A DNA stretch of 64,000 nt from an uncultured Alphaproteobacteria bacterium (GTDB taxonomy: Bacteria; Pseudomonadota; Alphaproteobacteria; Rs-D84), in assembly GCA_944393245.1 (NCBI GenBank), contig CALXZM010000004.1, positions 66,942 to 130,941 on the forward strand. Reading direction: 5' to 3'. A program made the translations under genes and the position numbers. This document shows, piece after piece, positions 57,983-64,000 of the stretch. Below the pieces are notes generated by a model. The model was not told where the DNA came from. It worked only from the letters and a program-made list of their open reading frames with translations, and made no database searches. Each line of letters starts with the position of its first letter. Position 1 is the stretch's first letter.

Positions 57983-58327
57983 TTAAAACACCAATGGAAA
58001 ATCCCGTATATCTAATGGAACCCCATCACGTTCAGGATCCCATTGGAATTCATCCATTTTTACGCGCTTGTCGCGGGTGAATTTTACGCCTTCGGCTTTT
58101 AGGGCTTTGTACTGTTGTTCAAAAAAGCCGGAACCACACAAACTGCCGTCTTTAAAAACAACGCGGTGCCATGGCAAATGCCAACTGTTTTTATTATTTG
58201 ACGCATATCCAACAAAACGTGCCATACGTGGTCGCCCAATCATGCGCGCAATTTGACCAAATGTCGCAACACGACCGGCTGGAATTCGCGCCACAATATC
58301 ATAAACCTGTTCATTGAAAGTTTTCAT
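57983..58327 (-). CDS. Alkyltransferase-like protein (MGMT family, PWHRV)
   Basis: V.RIPAGRVATFGQIA...ARFVG...LPWHRVV; Trp replaces the catalytic Cys. Confidence 0.88.
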   Translation of the reverse strand: MKTFNEQVYDIVARIPAGRVATFGQIARMIGRPRMARFVGYASNNKNSWHLPWHRVVFKDGSLCGSGFFEQQYKALKAEGVKFTRDKRVKMDEFQWDPERDGVPLDIRDFPLVF

Positions 58328-58344
58328 TGTAATTATAAATCTAG

Positions 58345-58434
58345 TGGCGGAGACGAAGGGATTTGAACCCTTGATACGGTTGCCCGTATACGCGATTTCG
58401 AGTCGCGCGCATTCAACCACTCTGCCACGTCTCC
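58345..58434 (-). tRNA. tRNA-Ser(CGA)
   Basis: GGAGACG acceptor stem, anticodon loop CTCGAAA, long variable arm, encoded CCA. Confidence 0.96.
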
Positions 58435-58518
58435 GATGCGTGCAATTATACAGATTTCGTTTTTATTTGCAAGTGCTTTTGACCTTGCATAAAGCAATAT
58501 ATATTTTTATAGTGATAA

Positions 58519-58697
58519 TGATATGACGAGTTGTCATATTGGGGCTTCACAACCCTTTAACCAGCGTCGGTGACGACGATAAAAATCTCCAATCTGTAAT
58601 GGTTGGAGTGCGGTTAATATATTGAATACCCGCGCAATTCTGGTTAATTGTTGTAAAACTCCAACCACCAAGTATTTATATTGGTGGTTTTGTTTTG
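58519..58697 (+). promoter_or_regulatory. Structured 5' leader RNA with terminator/antiterminator (copy B)
   Basis: Follows a TTGCAT-N17-TATAGT promoter-like sequence; homologous to copy A; terminator aaccaccaa/ttggtggtt + U-rich tail before the OMP gene. Confidence 0.75.
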
Positions 58698-58719
58698 TTA
58701 TTAACAAAGGGGAAATGTT

Positions 58720-59388
58720 ATGAAAAAAGCAATATTAACCGGTATATGTGCACTGGGACTGGTTGGGACGGCATGGGCAGAAACTGCACCGACATCGGAA
58801 TTACCAATAAAAGTATTTCTTGGTGCGAATGTGGCAATGACAATGCCGGTCTGGTCAGATGATGTGAATGATATAATGGATCAAATAAATACAGAATTGC
58901 CAGGATTAAATTTAGGATTGGGGGCCGAAGCCGGTATAAAATTTGGTGCAGCCGATAAAATATATAATTTTGGGGTAAGCGTTGCATATGATTATATGTT
59001 TGATTCTGCCGCAGATATTGGGTATCCATATGATCAGTTGGTTTCTGAAATAAGCACTGGTTTTTCAACAATCAGTATTTATTTTGATAATTATATAAGA
59101 TTTGCTGACAACGCCGGGAAACGCAGCGATTTGGTTTTAGGGGTTGGGTATACAAATGGCACAGAACGCATTCGAATGGCGGCAACACAATTGGGCTATG
59201 AATATGGATTGGATACAACATATGGTGATGATACGGGTTCCTTTATTGGGCTAAAAATCGGGTACTTGCAACAAATTACATCAAATGTAGATTTTTCTAC
59301 TATGTTGCGTATGTTTATTCCGACCGTCAGCGAAAGCGATATAGGTTCTATATTTAATATAAGTGCCGGAATTAGATATAATTTCTAA
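58720..59388 (+). CDS. Outer-membrane beta-barrel protein
   Basis: Signal peptide, alternating beta strands, terminal GIRYNF (BAM-type signal). Confidence 0.85.
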   Translation: MKKAILTGICALGLVGTAWAETAPTSELPIKVFLGANVAMTMPVWSDDVNDIMDQINTELPGLNLGLGAEAGIKFGAADKIYNFGVSVAYDYMFDSAADIGYPYDQLVSEISTGFSTISIYFDNYIRFADNAGKRSDLVLGVGYTNGTERIRMAATQLGYEYGLDTTYGDDTGSFIGLKIGYLQQITSNVDFSTMLRMFIPTVSESDIGSIFNISAGIRYNF

Positions 59389-59420
59389 TAAAAAAAACGC
59401 CCAGTTGGGCGTTTTTTTTA
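59388..59420. terminator. Bidirectional terminator
   Basis: aaaaaaaacgccc-agtt-gggcgtttttttt. Confidence 0.85.
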
Positions 59421-60590
59421 TTAAACATCAAAATTATAACCCTGGACCGATTTTACAATTGCCGCCACTAATTTATCCTGGTGCGCGGATGATTTTAATA
59501 ATTTTTCTTCGGCCGCATTAGATAAATGCCCCAATTCAATTAACGCACCCGGAACGGTCGAACGTAAAACCGCAAACGGTGCATGGCGAACATCCGGCCC
59601 AGGTTGTTGGGTTATTTTTGCACGCTTGAACGCGGATGCACACCCATTCGCATATTCCACCGACATTGCCGCCACAGCGTGCTGTTGCAATGATGACAGC
59701 GCAATACGAATATCTTTATCAAATTGTTCAAATCCACTGACGTCAATTTTATCGGCGGCATTTTCGGCATCGGCCAGTTTTGCAGCCTCTTCATCTGATG
59801 CCTTTTCAGATAATGTATAAATTGAAAAACCCTGCATAGAACGGCGGGGATTCGCATTTGCATGCAACGACAGGAACAAATCAGCATGTTTCTTTTCACC
59901 AATTGATGCACGATGGGCTAATTTTAAATATGTGTCATTGCTGCGCGTTAAATATGTTTGAAATCCAGCCGCGTCCAATTTATTTTTTAATTTTTTTGCA
60001 ACTGATAAAACAACGGTTTTTTCCTGGGTTCCGCCCTTGCCTATACAGCCGGGATCCTTGCCCCCGTGACCAGCATCAATAACAACAACGTATTTGCGCG
60101 ATGGTGCCGATTTTTTTGCCGGGGCCGCGGTTGCGGTTGTGGCCGTCGTTGTTGCCGTGCGGGCGCCACTGCCCGCGACAAAATCCAACACCAAACGATA
60201 TTCATTATCGCCGTTGGGATTTAACAACATAATATTATCACGTGGTATTTCATCAATCGGTTTTGCCAAATCAGCAACAATTTGCAATTTGTCCCCAGAT
60301 TGAATTTGCGTTATTGCCGTAATTAATGTCCCAGACGCCATTGCAGGTGACAATTGCGCGTTTGCCGCAGTGTTTGCCAATGTCACAACCAACTGATTTG
60401 ATGGATATGACAATGAATAAGATGGCCGCGACGATGTTTCAATAACCAGACGTGTTTTGTTGCCCGGCTGAACCCCAGTGCGCACCGTGCGCAATGCATT
60501 ACGTGCCGCAAAGGCAACACGCGGCAACAGTGCAACTATTACCGCCGTTAATCCGGATAATTTCAAAACATTGCGTCGTGTAATAAACAT
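59421..60590 (-). CDS. amiC: N-acetylmuramoyl-L-alanine amidase (Tat signal, AMIN + Amidase_3)
   Basis: TRRNVLK Tat motif, TRLVIE...RLVLD AMIN, IDAGHGGKDPG, SLHAN and LIELGHLSN motifs. Confidence 0.93.
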   Translation of the reverse strand: MFITRRNVLKLSGLTAVIVALLPRVAFAARNALRTVRTGVQPGNKTRLVIETSSRPSYSLSYPSNQLVVTLANTAANAQLSPAMASGTLITAITQIQSGDKLQIVADLAKPIDEIPRDNIMLLNPNGDNEYRLVLDFVAGSGARTATTTATTATAAPAKKSAPSRKYVVVIDAGHGGKDPGCIGKGGTQEKTVVLSVAKKLKNKLDAAGFQTYLTRSNDTYLKLAHRASIGEKKHADLFLSLHANANPRRSMQGFSIYTLSEKASDEEAAKLADAENAADKIDVSGFEQFDKDIRIALSSLQQHAVAAMSVEYANGCASAFKRAKITQQPGPDVRHAPFAVLRSTVPGALIELGHLSNAAEEKLLKSSAHQDKLVAAIVKSVQGYNFDV

Positions 60591-60783
60591 ATCTATTGGT
60601 ATAAAATTATATCAAAAATCCCCCGACCGTTCAAGTTTTATTCAGGAATAAAACCGTTGCGTCGCCGAATAATATTCTGTAATATGTATTTATCAGTTGG
60701 TATTTGGACGTCGGTGCCCATGCTGTTCAGTATGCGTTTGTATCGCCGCCGGTGCGCTGTCTGAATTAGTATAGGAGTTTTTT

Positions 60784-61665
60784 ATGGCCACACGTCCATT
60801 GGTATCTGTGATAATTCCGATGTATAATGCGGAAAAGTTTATTGAAAAATGTATAGAACACCTGGTTCACCAAACATATAAAAATATCGAAATTATTATT
60901 GTTGACGATGGCAGCACTGACAAATCCGTGGCAATATGCAACAATTATCAACATAACGATGCCAGAATACATTTAATATCACAGAAAAACGGCGGTCCAT
61001 CGGTTGCAATGAATACTGGATTGGACGTTGCACGTGGCGATTATATTCATTTTCACGACCATGATGATTTTGTAAATTTAGACTTTTTTGAAAAAATGAT
61101 TGATGCCGCATTGTTGACTGATGCAGACGTACTGTGTGGAGAGGTAAATCAACCAGAATACAATTTTCCACGATTTACCCACATAGAAATTTGCACAACA
61201 TTAGCAGATAAAATTTTGACCACATGCGCAAATAAATTTAATCCTGCATGGCGTTATGTTTATAAGAAAGAATTTCTGGACAAAACAGGTTTACGATATG
61301 AACCCGCCATATTTGGTGCCCAGGATGTATATTTTACAAAACCTGCGATTATATTGGCAAAAACCGTCGCAACGGTACCAGGGGCCGTTTACAATGTTGT
61401 AAACACACCCACCGCCCTGGGCAAAGCCCACAAAACACTGCATGACAAAAATGATACAGATGACGCCCGTGCGGTACGTGAAAAATATAATCGCTTTTTG
61501 ATTGAACACGGGGCCAACGAATTAATGAACACGCCTGATTTACCCATAAAAACCGAAGAATTTAAAATATTTAACATTCCAATTACTAAACGTGCAATAT
61601 TTTATAACAAGGTACGTTATTACCTGTTCGGTATAAATGTTGGCACACGTCGTATAGTTTGGTAA
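60784..61665 (+). CDS. Glycosyltransferase family 2
   Basis: VSVIIPMYN, IVDDGSTD, NGG.S.A.N.GL..ARGDYI.F.D.DD motifs. Confidence 0.93.
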   Translation: MATRPLVSVIIPMYNAEKFIEKCIEHLVHQTYKNIEIIIVDDGSTDKSVAICNNYQHNDARIHLISQKNGGPSVAMNTGLDVARGDYIHFHDHDDFVNLDFFEKMIDAALLTDADVLCGEVNQPEYNFPRFTHIEICTTLADKILTTCANKFNPAWRYVYKKEFLDKTGLRYEPAIFGAQDVYFTKPAIILAKTVATVPGAVYNVVNTPTALGKAHKTLHDKNDTDDARAVREKYNRFLIEHGANELMNTPDLPIKTEEFKIFNIPITKRAIFYNKVRYYLFGINVGTRRIVW

Positions 61666-61711
61666 GAAAGATTTCAAAATATTACGCGGAAAAATTTTAC
61701 GTGGAAAAAAT

Positions 61712-61739
61712 AAAAAGTTGGCCGTTATGCCAACTTTTT
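61712..61739. terminator. Bidirectional terminator
   Basis: aaaaagttggc-cgttat-gccaacttttt. Confidence 0.75.
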
Positions 61740-61759
61740 ATTGTTGTTTGTACAAACAC

Positions 61760-63013
61760 TTATTGGCTGACACAACTGGCAAATGCCTGGGCAATCATGT
61801 TTGATTCAGTTGTTGTCATCGTTGCGACCGGCACGATATAACAACGCGCACTGTCACGAATAATAAATACCTTGGTCCCGCGCGTGTATGCCGTTTGCAT
61901 ATCGCTTAATTGCGCCGTAGTTAAGAACGCGTTTTGCGTTGTAACAGGGTTACTCATTGCGGCCTGAACCAATTGATACGCAGTCGCATAATCATAAATG
62001 TCCGACATTGTTGTTTGTTCCATATACAAACTTTGATTTTCATATGGATTTGGGACATCCGTTGTGGCCACAGGAAACGCCGCGCCCGCCGCCAGTGCCG
62101 CAACAGTTTGTAACGTTGACGGTTGCGACGAATCAGATGTTGACGTTGACGCAGTGTTTATCTGTAAATTATCACCACATGCCAAATTCATGCGGTTGGC
62201 GTAACTGGCCAACACGGAATCAACCGCCATTTGCCAATCTTCACCCTTTTGATTCATGTCCAAATTCAGGATTTTTTCAGCCCATCCCCATACATTCGCA
62301 CCAACATTGCCAGCATTGGCAAACCGTGTAACCATTTCAGCCGACCCGCCCGGCACACCAGCACCACAGGCATCAGTCAGTTGTGTGGTTAACATGCTGG
62401 TCGTTTCGTTGCCGTATGCCAATGCAACCGAATGACATGCCATTGCGGCCTCTAATTCCTGGCGACGTTGCAGACACAGGTCACTGTGCGATTTAGATAA
62501 TTCGTCCGCCATATTCGCCATTGACAGGTATGACATAACCTCTTGCTGGACATATGGGGGACACAAACGCGCGGCCGTGTTCATTCCACTGCCACTGGTG
62601 CGATAATTTGTATTATATTGTGGCAATAATACAGACGTATCCTTTTGCAGGCATAATAACGCATAATTATACAGTTCGCTTTCTGTTGCGTACTGACAAC
62701 GATTTGAACGTTGCCCGGGAACAACAGTGACATCACCACAATATTCCGCCAAACAATTATAAATCTTTTCGCGACATGCGGAATCAACGTCTGGCTGAGT
62801 CACCATATAGTATGTGTTGCGCTGATTTGTTTGATATGCATTTGCCAACCCCTGGTATCCACGATTAACGGTATTTGTTGATGTCCCAGATGATGCATAT
62901 GCCGCAATCCCACGCGACGCAGCATTATTTGCAACGGTTCCAGCCGATACTGCAAATGCCCCAGATGTACACAAACATGCAATTAAACCAAATACAAAAA
63001 ACGAACTTTTCAT
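61760..63013 (-). CDS. Secreted Cys-rich hypothetical protein
   Basis: MKSSFFVFGLIACLCTSGAFA signal peptide; CREKIYNCLAEYC motif. Confidence 0.82.
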   Translation of the reverse strand: MKSSFFVFGLIACLCTSGAFAVSAGTVANNAASRGIAAYASSGTSTNTVNRGYQGLANAYQTNQRNTYYMVTQPDVDSACREKIYNCLAEYCGDVTVVPGQRSNRCQYATESELYNYALLCLQKDTSVLLPQYNTNYRTSGSGMNTAARLCPPYVQQEVMSYLSMANMADELSKSHSDLCLQRRQELEAAMACHSVALAYGNETTSMLTTQLTDACGAGVPGGSAEMVTRFANAGNVGANVWGWAEKILNLDMNQKGEDWQMAVDSVLASYANRMNLACGDNLQINTASTSTSDSSQPSTLQTVAALAAGAAFPVATTDVPNPYENQSLYMEQTTMSDIYDYATAYQLVQAAMSNPVTTQNAFLTTAQLSDMQTAYTRGTKVFIIRDSARCYIVPVATMTTTESNMIAQAFASCVSQ

Positions 63014-63142
63014 ACAGAAAACCTCTCTCGTTACAAAAATTTTAACATATTGTGAAAAAAAAGGCAATATTTCATTTCAATCAAAAACACAAAATTATTG
63101 ATTTGAGTATATAAGCTGTTAATATAACACACTGCTATGATT

Positions 63143-64000
63143 ATGTTAAACGAAGTTTTATCACAAATATCCGACGACATTTCCGCCGTCAGGGGGTTTC
63201 TTTGACCCGGACAAGTTGGAACAGCAAATATCCGAATTAAACATTCAAACAAATTCACCTGATTTATGGAATAATCCTGATAATGCGCGTGCATTAATGC
63301 AAAAAAAATCAGGTCTGGAAAAATCTTTGAACGGATTACGCGAATTGGAATCCGAATATAAAAATTTATCCGAATTGTATGATATGGCGCCCGATGATTC
63401 TGATGTTGTCGCCGCAATTGAAAAATTGGCTGATGCCGCACACAGGGCAAAATTTATCACCCTGTTTCGCGACCCGGCCGATAACAATGGCGCGTTCTTG
63501 TTCATTCAGGCCGGCGCCGGCGGGACCGAAGCCCAAGATTGGGCCCAAATGTTGGCCCGTATGTATGCACGTTGGGCGGAACGTCATGGCTTTTCCTGTG
63601 AAGTTATCGAAGAACACCCGGGCGACACCGCAGGATTAAAAAACATAACATACAGAATTACCGGCAGTCGTGCGTATGGGTGGCTGAAAAATGAAATTGG
63701 TGTGCACAGATTGGTGCGTATATCGCCATTTAACGCAAATGGTAAACGCCAAACCAGTTTTGCATCTGTCGACGTATGGCCTGATGTTGATGATTCCATT
63801 GAAATTGAAATAAATGACAAAGATTTACGCATTGATACATATAGGTCATCGGGCGCAGGTGGCCAACACGTCAATAAAACAGACAGTGCCGTTCGTATAA
63901 CACATATTCCAACCGGTGTTGTTGTAACATGCCAAAATGAACGCAGCCAAATTCAAAACAAAGAAATGGCAATGAAAATGCTGCGCAGTCGTTTATACGA
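63143..64000 (+). CDS. prfB: Peptide chain release factor 2 with programmed +1 frameshift, 3'-truncated by window edge
   Basis: 20-codon first frame ending AGGGGG-TTT-CTT-TGA-C (63191-63206). The +1 frame contains [13 protein letters not shown] and [16 protein letters not shown]. Confidence 0.97.

Noticed and set aside
58328-58420. N-terminal extension of the alkyltransferase-like ORF in the track
   Set aside because: It is tRNA-Ser(CGA) read as protein; the real start is ATG 58327.
60685-60765. 26-codon ORF upstream of the glycosyltransferase
   Set aside because: No RBS or homology cue, and no ops/JUMPStart motif recognised.
1-64000. Numerous antisense or alternate-frame ORFs of 60-200 aa in the track
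   Set aside because: They lie within confidently assigned genes and show no independent motifs (shadow ORFs).

Overview
Core-chromosome segment of a low-GC alphaproteobacterium. DUF2155, DUF1013, AddA, the alpha-type XRE regulator and a TipN/GPR-like protein point to Alphaproteobacteria. The mix of housekeeping genes and large Cys-rich secreted proteins resembles gut 'Ca. Enterousia'/Rs-D84 genomes (inference from memory, not verified). Housekeeping genes: ybgC-tolQRA, dnaE, rsmH, gpmI, tadA, rsmD, rplY, dnaK, rnpB, secA, pfkA, gdh, rpsP-rimM-trmD-rplS, tsaD, xseA, recN, a split addA, tmk, rpoD, cysS, fused accD-accA, ihfB, amiC and prfB with its +1 frameshift. There are also three tRNAs. I saw no CRISPR array, integrase or transposase. 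The most striking unexplained signal is a ~175-nt structured leader found twice (48330-48504 minus, 58519-58697 plus) ahead of unrelated exported-protein genes. The two copies have diverged in sequence but keep about eight helices by compensatory change, two predicted pseudoknots, an antiterminator/terminator switch and a 16-codon uORF. I do not recognise it as a known riboswitch. Other leads: a Cys-Cys leader ORF with attenuator geometry before cysS, a tandem pair of papain-fold-like proteins, a CxxC membrane protein plus Cys-Cys partner, nested palindromic repeats beside rnpB, a tRNA-abutting GIY-YIG cassette, and an internally duplicated 1330-aa Cys-rich surface protein.
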